A stretch of DNA of 64,000 bases. Origin: Myxococcota bacterium (lineage in GTDB: Bacteria; Myxococcota_A; UBA9160; UBA6930). The notes beneath the pieces were generated by a model, which made no database searches, was not told the origin of the DNA, and was given only the letters and a program-made list of their open reading frames with translations. Where the stretch lies: contig OZ245002.1 in assembly GCA_965223415.1 (NCBI GenBank), positions 192,001-256,000 of the forward strand, written 5' to 3'. Shown one piece after another: positions 10,385 through 19,338 of the stretch; within the stretch, counting starts at the first letter, position 1, and the number at the start of each line of letters is the position of its first letter. Made by a program: the position numbers and the translations under genes.

Positions 10385-12007
10385 TTACTCGGCGGCCGGA
10401 GCGTCGGCCTCCTCTTCCGCCCCGCCCGTCAGCTCGGTCAGCACGCCGGGGAGCCCGTTGACGTACCAGTTGCCCGCCACCGCGGCGACGAGCACGACGC
10501 CGGTCACCATCGACGCGGCCAGGGCCGCCCGGAAGCGGCGGCGCCGGGCGACGGCGCGGTCCGACGCCAGGAGCACGTTCGGGACCGAGGCCAGGACCGG
10601 AATCCCCAGCCGCTCCTGGAGCAACCGCGGGTCGTGGAACGAGCCGTCGCCGGCCTCCGCGAGCAGGGCCGCGCCGAGGCCGAGGGCCAGGCCCAGCACC
10701 ACGCTCATGACGAAGATCACCGGGCGGTTCGGCGACGCGACCTCCTCCTCGGGGACCGCTTCCTCGAGGACCCGGAACTTCTCGCCCTTCTGGCGGCGCT
10801 CCATGTCTGCGGCCACCGAGGCCTCGAGGCGCTTGCCGCTGTAGTCCTGGTAGCTGTTGAAGAGGTGCTCGTGCTCGCGCTCGAGGGCGGCGAGTTGCTC
10901 GGCCACGCGAGGCGTATTGGCCAGGTTGCTCTCGATCGCGTCGACCTGGGCGCGCAGGCGCTCGAGCTCGCCGCGGGTCGCCGCAGCGCGGAGGGCAGCG
11001 CGGCTCTGCTCGCTCTTCGCGTTCTGCTGGGCGATCGAGAGCTCAGAGTCGTCCTTGGAGGAATCCTCCTGCGCGAGCTTGGCCTCGAGCTCGGCGATCT
11101 CCGCGCGGGCCGAGATCATGTCCGGGTGCTTCTCGGTGTAGCGGCGGGACTGGTATTCGCTGAGCTGGAGGCGGAGGAGCTCGAGGCGCCGCTCCGGCGT
11201 CATCTCGTTGCCCCGGAACTTGTAGAAGTCCGTCGCGCCGGTGATCACCTGCTGGCCGTAGAACGCCTCGTCGCTCTCAGCGATGGCGAGATCCCGCTGG
11301 GCGTCCCGGATCTGCCCCAGGATGCGCTCGTGGAGCCGCTGGTTCGCGGGCAGATCCTCCGGGAGAGCGCCCGTGTTGGCCCCCTTCACTTCGGCGATGC
11401 GAGATTCGATCACTGCGATCTGCTCGGCGAGCCGCGTGAGCTCCGTATCGATGAACTCGGAGGTATCGCTCGAGGCGCGGGTCCGCTCGCGGATGTGCTC
11501 GTCGACGAAGGACCGTGCCAGCCTATTGGCCACGTCCGCCGAGGCCTTGCGATCCCGGTGGCGGAAGGCGAGTTGGAAGGTGTTGATCTGGACCTGCTGG
11601 TTCTTGATCCCGGCACGAGCCTCGAGCTCCGAGAGCAGGGGCACGACCGTGATCTCGTCCCGCATCCTCTCGATGATCTCCTCCCGGGTGTAGTCCTTGG
11701 ACTCGTCCGGGTAGACGTCGAGATCGTCGATGATCTTGGAGAGCCGCGGCCGGGAGAGGATCTGCATCTGGATCAGGTGCAGACGGCTGTTCAGGTCGGT
11801 GTCCTCGAGGTTCGACTCGACCAGCTCGCTGGAGATCGTCTGGGGCTCGATCAGCAGGATCGCCTTCGACTCGTACTCGTCGGGCATCCACGCCGACACG
11901 AGCACGGCCAGTAGCACGATCGCGCCCGAGACCCCTGCGATGAGGCCGAAACGGCGCTTCAGGATGCGCGTCAGATCGCCGAGCTGGAAGCCCTGTTCAC
12001 TGTTCAT
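10385..12007 (-). CDS. Polysaccharide co-polymerase / chain-length determinant (GumC/Wzc-N)
   Basis: N-terminal TM, long coiled coil, YTEKHPD motif, FRVLEEA..P..PNRP, C-terminal TMs. Confidence 0.9.
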   Translation of the reverse strand: MNSEQGFQLGDLTRILKRRFGLIAGVSGAIVLLAVLVSAWMPDEYESKAILLIEPQTISSELVESNLEDTDLNSRLHLIQMQILSRPRLSKIIDDLDVYPDESKDYTREEIIERMRDEITVVPLLSELEARAGIKNQQVQINTFQLAFRHRDRKASADVANRLARSFVDEHIRERTRASSDTSEFIDTELTRLAEQIAVIESRIAEVKGANTGALPEDLPANQRLHERILGQIRDAQRDLAIAESDEAFYGQQVITGATDFYKFRGNEMTPERRLELLRLQLSEYQSRRYTEKHPDMISARAEIAELEAKLAQEDSSKDDSELSIAQQNAKSEQSRAALRAAATRGELERLRAQVDAIESNLANTPRVAEQLAALEREHEHLFNSYQDYSGKRLEASVAADMERRQKGEKFRVLEEAVPEEEVASPNRPVIFVMSVVLGLALGLGAALLAEAGDGSFHDPRLLQERLGIPVLASVPNVLLASDRAVARRRRFRAALAASMVTGVVLVAAVAGNWYVNGLPGVLTELTGGAEEEADAPAAE

Positions 12008-12026
12008 GCTGTCCTCGCTTTCCGAG

Positions 12027-13661
12027 CTAGAAACGCCACGGCTCGAACTGGTACTCGACGCCGGCGCGGATGAGGAAGCGCTCGACTTCCCGGTTCCGGG
12101 TCAGGTTTCCCTTGACTTCGTCGGACGTCCATCGGATGGACCCGCGCAGAAACACGCGCTTGCGCAGGCGATAGCTGGCGGAGAGGCGCGCCGTCATCAG
12201 GATCGAGTCGAAGTCCCGGTCGAACTTCCGGCCGCGGATCGCCGAGGCCATCGCCACGTTGTCGAAGCGGAGGCGCCGGCCCGTGAAGAAGCCCGCGGCG
12301 AAGCAGGCGGGTGGGGTGGTCAGGAAGGCGCACGCCCGGTTGTCCGTGAAGAGCGAGCCGCTCTGGAGACCCGTCGCGAACTCCACGATCTCCTGGGACT
12401 GCTCCCGCCGGATCCAGTTCGCCGCCAGGGTGATGCGCAGCTTCTGGGAAGGGGTCCAGACCAGGTTCGCGAAGAGGCGATCGGAGACTGACGTCACCGC
12501 GAAGGTCGAGGTCGAGCTGTCGTCGCTGCGGCGATAGCCCACGGCGAGCAGCCAGTTCTCCCACGCCTTGCGGAGCGTGACGTCCGCGAAGTACGTGACG
12601 TCGTCATCCACCGAGTCGAAGTCGTCCACGATATTCAGGGTGCTGACCGAGGCACGCTGCGCCGCGATCTGGTCCGCTTCGCTGACGCCGTTGAGGGTGA
12701 GGAACTGCGGGAGCCCCGCGCCCGCCGCCGGCGCGCTCTCGATGGTCACGTTCTCGAAGAACTCCAACGGTTCGCAGGTCTCATCGAGGAACGGCGTCCC
12801 GTCAGAGAGGGTCGGGCAGGTGCGAATGTCGAGGGCGGTGCTCCCGGGATAGGTGAGCGCGGTTCCTCGGGTGGGACGATCGATCTCGTCGCTCAGCACG
12901 AGCGCTGGCCCTGCGGACACGTCGATCACGAAGGTCTTGTCGACCTGGTGGACGACCCGGAGCGACAGGTTGACGAAGTCCGTCGAGGTGCGTTGGGTGA
13001 ATGCCGGCTTCTGGATCCTCCGACTCCAGCCGAGCGCGGGCCCGATCCGGGTGCGCGGGGAGAGCACGTACAGGTGGGACAGCGACGCCCCGTAGTTCTC
13101 CTGGTCCGGGCGCGTCTCGTCCCGGCGGTCGTAGATCAGATGATTCCCGGCCAGCGTCACCACGTTGCGGGCGTTCAGCTGGTGGTTGAGCTCGATCCCG
13201 ATCCGGTTCTGGAGGATGCGCCGACGGGTCTGTCGCGTCTCGAGCACCGGATCGTCGCCCAGAGCGACGTCGGTGGTCTCGTTGAATCGCGACTCCAGGC
13301 CGAAGCGTCGCAGACGATCTTCGATGCTCAGGGAGGTACGCGGACTGATCTGCCAGAGGAGCGTGCCCTCGACGTCGTGATCCCAGCCGCGCAGCTCGTG
13401 ATGCTCGAAGAAGTGCTCGTAGCGCGGCCGGTACTCGAAGCTCCACTGGAGATCTCCGTCCGGCTCCTCGACCCGCAGGACTGGCTGCACCCGGAGCGAC
13501 CAATCCCCGTCCTCGGCGAGGAGATCTTCCTTCGCGGCGCCGAAGACGTTGTCGTCCCGCACCACCTCGGTTCGGAATCCGAACGAGGCCTCCCCTCCCC
13601 ACGACGGGCAGGGGAAGGCCAGGAGAGCGGCCAGGACGGGCGTGAGGATCGCAGTACGCAT
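12027..13661 (-). CDS. Putative outer-membrane beta-barrel of the polysaccharide export locus
   Basis: Signal peptide (MRTAILTPVLAALLA), DDNVF near the N-terminus, alternating amphipathic strands, C-terminal GVEYQFEPWRF. Lies between OPX and co-polymerase. Confidence 0.75.
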   Translation of the reverse strand: MRTAILTPVLAALLAFPCPSWGGEASFGFRTEVVRDDNVFGAAKEDLLAEDGDWSLRVQPVLRVEEPDGDLQWSFEYRPRYEHFFEHHELRGWDHDVEGTLLWQISPRTSLSIEDRLRRFGLESRFNETTDVALGDDPVLETRQTRRRILQNRIGIELNHQLNARNVVTLAGNHLIYDRRDETRPDQENYGASLSHLYVLSPRTRIGPALGWSRRIQKPAFTQRTSTDFVNLSLRVVHQVDKTFVIDVSAGPALVLSDEIDRPTRGTALTYPGSTALDIRTCPTLSDGTPFLDETCEPLEFFENVTIESAPAAGAGLPQFLTLNGVSEADQIAAQRASVSTLNIVDDFDSVDDDVTYFADVTLRKAWENWLLAVGYRRSDDSSTSTFAVTSVSDRLFANLVWTPSQKLRITLAANWIRREQSQEIVEFATGLQSGSLFTDNRACAFLTTPPACFAAGFFTGRRLRFDNVAMASAIRGRKFDRDFDSILMTARLSASYRLRKRVFLRGSIRWTSDEVKGNLTRNREVERFLIRAGVEYQFEPWRF

Positions 13662-14254
13662 CAGTCGGCGACGATCACCGTGTCCCCGGGTTGGAGCAGC
13701 ACGTTGGTGCCCGGGGCGGCGCCGCGCGCGTAGGCGTTGTAGTCGAAGGCGTACTCCACCTCGTCGTGGCCGTCGCGGCGAATGATCTTGATGTCGCCCT
13801 TGTCGGCGAACTGGCCGAAGCCGCCGGCCATCGAGATGGCGTCGGTCACGCGGAGGTCGCGGACCAGCGGAACCGGCCCGGACCGCGCCACCTCGCCCAG
13901 CACGAAGACCCGCTTGCTCAGGGGCTGGAGAACGACCACCGTCACGTCCGGGGCGGAGATATAGTCCTCGAGCTTCTCCCCGATCGCGGCCTTCAGCTGG
14001 GTCGGGGTGAGCCCGTCCGCCTGGATGTCGTCGGCCAGCGGCACGGAGATCATGCCGTCCACCCGCACCGGCACCTCGCCGCTGATCTCCGGGTTCTTCC
14101 ACACGACGACTCTCAGCATGTCACCGGCGCCGATCACGTACTCCCCCCGGTCGAGGGGCGCCTCGGTGGGCGGCGGCGCGGGGCGGTTCCCGACGCAGGC
14201 CACCGCCAGGAGCAGCAGCGCGACCGCCAGGGCGATGGGGTGGATTCGGGTCAT
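13661..14254 (-). CDS. Short OPX/Wza-family polysaccharide export lipoprotein (Poly_export + SLBB)
   Basis: Lipobox LAVAC, YVIGAGD..VRVDGMISVPL, VFVLGEV, LQPGDTVIV. 197 aa, with no C-terminal OM helix. Confidence 0.9.
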   Translation of the reverse strand: MTRIHPIALAVALLLLAVACVGNRPAPPPTEAPLDRGEYVIGAGDMLRVVVWKNPEISGEVPVRVDGMISVPLADDIQADGLTPTQLKAAIGEKLEDYISAPDVTVVVLQPLSKRVFVLGEVARSGPVPLVRDLRVTDAISMAGGFGQFADKGDIKIIRRDGHDEVEYAFDYNAYARGAAPGTNVLLQPGDTVIVAD

Positions 14255-14280
14255 GATCTCTCCAACGGGGGTGGTTGGGC

Positions 14281-15696
14281 CTAGCGGCTCTCGGCCAGCC
14301 CGTTTTCCTTCATCTTGTAGAGCAGCGCCTTGTAGCTGATCTGTAACCGCTCCGCGGCTTCCTTCCGGTTCCACCGGGTCTGGGTGAGCACCTTCGCGAT
14401 CACCCGTTTCTCCGCCGCGCGGGCCGCGTTCTTGGCGATCTGCTTCAGGTCGACGCCGTTGCCGTTGGCCAGCTCGGCGCCCAGGGCCTCGAGATCGAGG
14501 AAGGCGGCGCTGCCGGCCTCCTCGGGCTCGGCGCGCAGGGCCATCTCCTGGGTGACGGCCTCCTCGCTGCCCAGCACGATCATCCGGCGCACCATGTTCT
14601 CGAGCTCCCGGACGTTGCCGGGCCAGTGGTACTCCTCGAAGCGCTGCATGGTGTCCGGCGAGAGGGGGCCGGCCTGCTTGCCGTACTCGGCGCCGAACTT
14701 GCGCAGGAAGTGGTCCACCAGCAGGGCCACGCCGCCCTTGCGGTCGCGCAGGGGGGGCATCGACACGGTCACGACATTGAGCCGGTAGTAGAGATCCTCC
14801 CGGAACTCGCCCTTCTGCACGGCCTCCTCGAGGTTGCGATTCGTGGCGGCGAGGATGCGGGTATCCACCTGCACGTCGCTCTCGCCGCCCAGCCGCGAGA
14901 ACTCGCCGTCCTGGAGCACCTGGAGGAGCTTGGCCTGGAGGGCCGGGCTCATCTCGCCGATCTCGTCGAGGAAGATCGTGCCGCGGTTCGCGAACTCGAA
15001 CTTCCCGAGCTTGCGCTTCTGGGCGCCGGTGAAGGCTCCCTTCTCGAAGCCGAAGAGCTCGCTCTCGAGCAGCTCCGAGGGCAGCGCCGCGCAGTTCACC
15101 TTGACGAAGGGGCGCTCGCGGCGGCCGCTCTGCTCGTGCAGGCTGCGGGCGACCACCTCCTTGCCGGTCCCGCTCTCGCCGCGGATCAGCACGGTGATGT
15201 CGGTGTCGGCGACCTGCTCGATCACGTCGCGCACCGAGCGCATCTTCTCGTCGTCGTCGGCGAGGATCAGCTGGGTGCCGCGCTTGGCGGCCTGGCCGCG
15301 CAGCTGCTCCACCTCCTCCTTGAGGGCGCGGTGCTCGAGGGCCTTCTGAAAGGCCAGCTCCAGCTCCTCCACCTCGAAGGGCTTGCGCAGGAAGTCCGAG
15401 GCGCCGAGCTGCATCGCCTCGACGATGGTGCGGGCGTGGCCGTGGCCCGAGAGCATCACGACGGGAACGTCGGGCAAACGCTTTTTGATTCGCCGCAGGG
15501 TCTCGAGGCCGTCCATGCCTTCGAGGACGACGTCGAGCGTCACGAGGTCCGGTCTCGTCCGGGAAAGGCCCTCCAGGGCCTCCTCCCCACCGGCCGCCGT
15601 GAACACCTCGTACCCATGACGCTCCAGCAGCGCATCCAGCAGTTCCCGGATGCCCGGATCGTCGTCGATCACGAGTACGCGAAAGGTGTCGTTCAC
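14281..15696 (-). CDS. Sigma54-dependent response regulator (REC-AAA+-HTH) heading the export operon
   Basis: VLVIDDD, GESGTGKE, FEKGAFTGA, FLDEIGE, WPGNVRELEN, WNRKEAAERLQISYK. Start set at GTG 15696 with GGAG upstream. Confidence 0.92.
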   Translation of the reverse strand: MNDTFRVLVIDDDPGIRELLDALLERHGYEVFTAAGGEEALEGLSRTRPDLVTLDVVLEGMDGLETLRRIKKRLPDVPVVMLSGHGHARTIVEAMQLGASDFLRKPFEVEELELAFQKALEHRALKEEVEQLRGQAAKRGTQLILADDDEKMRSVRDVIEQVADTDITVLIRGESGTGKEVVARSLHEQSGRRERPFVKVNCAALPSELLESELFGFEKGAFTGAQKRKLGKFEFANRGTIFLDEIGEMSPALQAKLLQVLQDGEFSRLGGESDVQVDTRILAATNRNLEEAVQKGEFREDLYYRLNVVTVSMPPLRDRKGGVALLVDHFLRKFGAEYGKQAGPLSPDTMQRFEEYHWPGNVRELENMVRRMIVLGSEEAVTQEMALRAEPEEAGSAAFLDLEALGAELANGNGVDLKQIAKNAARAAEKRVIAKVLTQTRWNRKEAAERLQISYKALLYKMKENGLAESR

Positions 15697-15950
15697 TGGG
15701 GGATCTCCGGCTCTATCTCGAGTCGGTGTGCGATGAGTGTGCATATGTGTCCCGCCGGGGTGCGGAGGTTGCGCGCACATCCAAATTCGGAACCGAAATC
15801 GCTACCTTCTCGGGCTTGTCGGCCACCCATGGCATGGACCGAAGGCGACGTGAGAAAGATGGTTCCTTCGGTGGAAAAACGGGCGACCAAGGGAACGGAT
15901 CTTCTCTCGTTTCCAGCCCGGCTTCAAGAGCCTTCGAGAGCTGACGCGAT

Positions 15951-15980
15951 TTCGCCCCGGGAACACGAACGAGATACGAT
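15951..15980 (+). promoter_or_regulatory. Possible sigma70-type promoter for the wecB operon
   Basis: TTCGCC-18 nt-TACGAT, 36 nt upstream of the wecB ATG. Weak match only. Confidence 0.3.
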
Positions 15981-16016
15981 GGGTCCCCCGGGGGCAACCC
16001 TCGTCTCGACGAGAGC

Positions 16017-17117
16017 ATGACGACGCAGACGACCGAGCTGATGGTGGTGGCGGGCGCCCGGCCCAATTTCATGAAGGTGGCGCCGATCCTCCGGGAGCTG
16101 GAGGGGAGGCCCGAGCTCCGGGTCTTCCTGATCCACACGGGCCAGCACTACGACGAGGCCATGTCCACGGGCTTCTTTCGCGACCTGGGGATCGCCGAGC
16201 CGGACCTCAACCTGGCCGTGGGCTCCGGCACCCATGGGGAGATGACGGCCGAGGTGCTGCGCCGAGTCGAGCCGGTGCTGGCGGAGCGGCGCCCCGGGGC
16301 CCTGCTGGTGGTGGGCGACGTCAACTCGACCCTGGCGGCCACCCTGGCGGCCTCGAAGCTGGGCGTGCCGGTGGCTCACGTGGAGGCCGGCCTGCGCTCC
16401 TTCGACCGGGACATGCCCGAGGAGATCAACCGGGTCCTGACCGACGCGATCTCGGACTGGCTGTTCGTGACCGAGCCCTCGGGCCGGGAGAACCTGCTGC
16501 GGGAGGGGGTGCCGGAGGCGCGCATCCACCTGGTCGGCAACGTCATGATCGATACCCTGCTCGCCAACCGCGAGAAGGCCCGCGGGAGCGACGTGCTGGA
16601 GCGCCTGGGGCTCGAGGAGGGTGGATACGCCGCGTTGACCCTCCACCGGCCGAGCAACGTGGACGATCCGGACCAGCTCGCGAGCCTGTTCGCGCTCTTC
16701 GAGGAGATCCACCGGGAGCTGCCGGTGGTATTTCCCATCCACCCGCGCACCCGCGCGGCCATCGAGAAGCAGCTCGGGGGACGGGCCCCCGGCATCCAGC
16801 TCATCGATCCGCTCGGATACCTCGATTTCCTGCGCCTGATGGCCGATGCGAGACTCGTCCTCACCGATTCCGGGGGCGTCCAGGAGGAGACGACGGTGCT
16901 CGGCGTTCCCTGCCTGACCCTTCGCGAGAACACGGAGCGACCCGTGACCGTCACCCAGGGTACGAACCAGATCGTCGGCCGCGACCCGGACACGATCCGC
17001 GCCGAGGTCCGCAAGATCCTCGATGGCGAGGGGAAGCAGGGCCGCATCCCGGACCTGTGGGACGGAGGCGCGGCCGCCCGCATCGTGGACGTGCTGGCTG
17101 CGGAGCTCCGGGACTGA
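16017..17117 (+). CDS. wecB: UDP-N-acetylglucosamine 2-epimerase (non-hydrolysing)
   Basis: GARPNFMK, HTGQHYD, GDVNST, HVEAGLRS, PEEINR, DSGGVQEE, RENTERP. Confidence 0.93.
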   Translation: MTTQTTELMVVAGARPNFMKVAPILRELEGRPELRVFLIHTGQHYDEAMSTGFFRDLGIAEPDLNLAVGSGTHGEMTAEVLRRVEPVLAERRPGALLVVGDVNSTLAATLAASKLGVPVAHVEAGLRSFDRDMPEEINRVLTDAISDWLFVTEPSGRENLLREGVPEARIHLVGNVMIDTLLANREKARGSDVLERLGLEEGGYAALTLHRPSNVDDPDQLASLFALFEEIHRELPVVFPIHPRTRAAIEKQLGGRAPGIQLIDPLGYLDFLRLMADARLVLTDSGGVQEETTVLGVPCLTLRENTERPVTVTQGTNQIVGRDPDTIRAEVRKILDGEGKQGRIPDLWDGGAAARIVDVLAAELRD

Positions 17118-17389
17118 TGGCCGCTGCCGTCCACCCGGAGGAGCAGCCCGGCTTCTTCCGCCGCCTCTACCTGGGCTGGCTGGAGGTCGCCGCCCGCTTC
17201 GGTGAGGCCCAGACCCTGGTGATCCTCTTCGTCGTCTACGCCGCTGTGATCGGACCGATGGCGATCCTGTCCGCCCTGGCCCGGCGGGATTTCCTCACCA
17301 AGCGCGGCCTCGGTGAGGCCGGCAGCGCCTGGGCCGACGCCGATACCGTCACCGCGCCGGATCGCGACCGCGCCCGGCGCATGTTCTAG
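17117..17389 (+). CDS. SxtJ-like small membrane protein
   Basis: 90 aa from ATG overlapping the wecB TGA. W..A..FG..T.VIL..VY...IGP...RRD.L...SAW pattern ending in F. Precedes the carbamoyltransferase. Confidence 0.7.
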   Translation: MAAAVHPEEQPGFFRRLYLGWLEVAARFGEAQTLVILFVVYAAVIGPMAILSALARRDFLTKRGLGEAGSAWADADTVTAPDRDRARRMF

Positions 17390-17400
17390 GGGGAGCGCTC

Positions 17401-19137
17401 GTGAACATCCTCGGCATCTCCTGCTTCTATCACGACAGCGCCGCCGCGCTGCTGCGCGACGGCGAGCTCGTGGCCGCGGCCCACGAGGAGCGCTTCACCC
17501 GCAAGCGCCACGACGCGAGCGTGCCGAAGCGCGCCGTCGACTACTGCCTCCAGGAGGCCGACCTTCGCCTCTCGGACCTGGACGCGCTGGTCTTCTACGA
17601 CAAGCCCTTCGTGAAGTTCGAGCGCATCCTGATGACCTACCTGGCGACCTTCCCGCGCTCGCTGCCCTCCTTCGCCAAGGCGATCCCGCTCTGGCTGAAG
17701 GAGAAGCTCAACGTGCCGAAGGCCCTGGAGCACGAGCTCGGCTACGAGGGCGAGGTGCTCTTCGCCGAGCACCACCAGAGCCACGCGGCCTCCGCCTTCC
17801 TGCCCTCCCCCTTCGAGGAGGCGGCGATCCTCACCGTCGACGGCGTGGGCGAGTGGGCGACCGCCACCCAGGGCATCGGCCGCGGCAACGAGCTCGAGCT
17901 GATCCACGAGATCCGCTTCCCCCACTCGCTGGGGCTGCTCTACAGCGCCTTCACCTACTACCTGGGCTTCAAGGTCAACTCCGCCGAGTACAAGGTGATG
18001 GGCGCCGCGCCCTACGGCGAGCCCAAGTACGCGGACAAGATCTTCGAGCACCTGGTCGACCTGCGCGAAGACGGCTCCTTCAAGCTGAACATGAAGTACT
18101 TCGCCTACGACTACGGCCTCACCATGACCAACAAGCGCTTCGAGAAGCTCTTCGGCGAGCCTCGTCGCGAGGGCGAGAGCGAGATGCAGGACTTCCACTG
18201 GGACATGGCAGCCAGCATCCAGAAGGTCACGGAAGAGGTCGTGCTGCGCGTCGCCCGCGATCTCCACGCCAAGACCGGCATGAAGAACCTGTGCATGGCC
18301 GGCGGTGTGGCGCTGAACTGCGTGGCCAACGGACGGCTGATCCGCGAGGGCCCCTTCGAGAACCTGTGGGTGCAGCCCGCGGCCGGAGACGCAGGTGGCG
18401 CCCTCGGAGCGGCGATGTTCGCCGAGCACTGCGTGATGGACCGCCCGCGCAAGTTCCGCATGGACCACGCCTACTGGGGCCCCGAATACGACGACGAGGA
18501 GATCCGCAAGTTCCTCGAGCTTCGCGGCGCTCCCTACCACACCTTCTCCCGCGACGAGATGATCCGCGAGACCGCCCGCCACCTGGACGAGCAGAAGGTG
18601 ATCGGCTGGTTCCAGGGCCGCATGGAGTGGGGCCCGCGCTCCCTCGGCAGCCGCTCGATCCTGGCCGACGCGCGGAACGAGGAGAACTGGAAGCGGGTGA
18701 ACCTGAAGATCAAGTTCCGCGAGAGCTTCCGCCCCTTCGCCCCCGCCGTGCTGGCCGAGAAGGCCGACGAGTGGTTCGACATCGACCGCGAGAGCCCCTA
18801 CATGCTGCTCGTCTGCCAGGTGCGCGAGGACCGGAACGCCCCGGCGATCACCCATGTGGACGGGTCGGCGCGGTTGCAGACCGTCACTCGCGAGAGCCAC
18901 GCGGAGTTCTACGACCTGATCCGGGCCTTCGACGAGCGCAGCGGCTGCCCGGTGGTCATCAACACCTCCTTCAACGTCCGCGGCGAGCCGATCGTGTGCA
19001 CGCCGGAGGACGCCTACCTCTGCTTCATGCGAACCAACATGGACGTGCTCGTGCTCGGCAACCAGATCCTCCTGAAGGAGGAGCAGCCGGAGCTGGTCGA
19101 GGAGTTCGACTGGCGCGACCGCTACGAGCTCGACTGA
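17401..19137 (+). CDS. O-carbamoyltransferase (NodU/CmcH/SxtI family)
   Basis: YHDSAAALL, EERFTR, EHHQSHAAS, DGVGE, EYKVMG, GGVALNC, GPRSLGSRS, RESFRPFAP, NTSFN. Confidence 0.95.
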   Translation: MNILGISCFYHDSAAALLRDGELVAAAHEERFTRKRHDASVPKRAVDYCLQEADLRLSDLDALVFYDKPFVKFERILMTYLATFPRSLPSFAKAIPLWLKEKLNVPKALEHELGYEGEVLFAEHHQSHAASAFLPSPFEEAAILTVDGVGEWATATQGIGRGNELELIHEIRFPHSLGLLYSAFTYYLGFKVNSAEYKVMGAAPYGEPKYADKIFEHLVDLREDGSFKLNMKYFAYDYGLTMTNKRFEKLFGEPRREGESEMQDFHWDMAASIQKVTEEVVLRVARDLHAKTGMKNLCMAGGVALNCVANGRLIREGPFENLWVQPAAGDAGGALGAAMFAEHCVMDRPRKFRMDHAYWGPEYDDEEIRKFLELRGAPYHTFSRDEMIRETARHLDEQKVIGWFQGRMEWGPRSLGSRSILADARNEENWKRVNLKIKFRESFRPFAPAVLAEKADEWFDIDRESPYMLLVCQVREDRNAPAITHVDGSARLQTVTRESHAEFYDLIRAFDERSGCPVVINTSFNVRGEPIVCTPEDAYLCFMRTNMDVLVLGNQILLKEEQPELVEEFDWRDRYELD

Positions 19138-19167
19138 GCGTCCACGCCTCTCGAGGAGTCTCCACCG

Positions 19168-19320
19168 ATGATGTCGATCCTGTCCGAGCTCTGGGAGTTC
19201 ATGCGCGTGCGCAAGAAGTGGTGGCTGGGCCCGATCCTGGTCACCATGGTCCTGCTCTCCGCCCTGATCGTCCTCACCCAGGGATCCGCGGTGGCACCGT
19301 TCATCTACGCGCTGTTCTGA
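19168..19320 (+). CDS. SxtK-like / DUF5989 small membrane protein (50 aa)
   Basis: MMSILSELWEFMRVRKKWWLGPILVTMVLLSALIVLTQGSAVAPFIYALF with a GAGGAG RBS. Below the ORF-track size cutoff. Confidence 0.85.
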   Translation: MMSILSELWEFMRVRKKWWLGPILVTMVLLSALIVLTQGSAVAPFIYALF

Positions 19321-19338
19321 GCGAGCGCGTCCCCCCAC

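Noticed and set aside
8547..15696. Complete PEP-CTERM/exosortase system
   Set aside because: The ATPase, kinase, co-polymerase and deacetylase resemble those loci, but no exosortase or PEP-CTERM protein is visible in the window.
15785..15800. TTCGG-AA-CCGAA palindrome resembling ttacgaaaccgaa near 2220
   Set aside because: Short, imperfect and only two instances. Insufficient to call a shared operator.
17117..19320. Saxitoxin biosynthesis cluster
   Set aside because: Only sxtI/J/K-like genes are present, with no sxtA, sxtG or other core genes. The context is polysaccharide synthesis.
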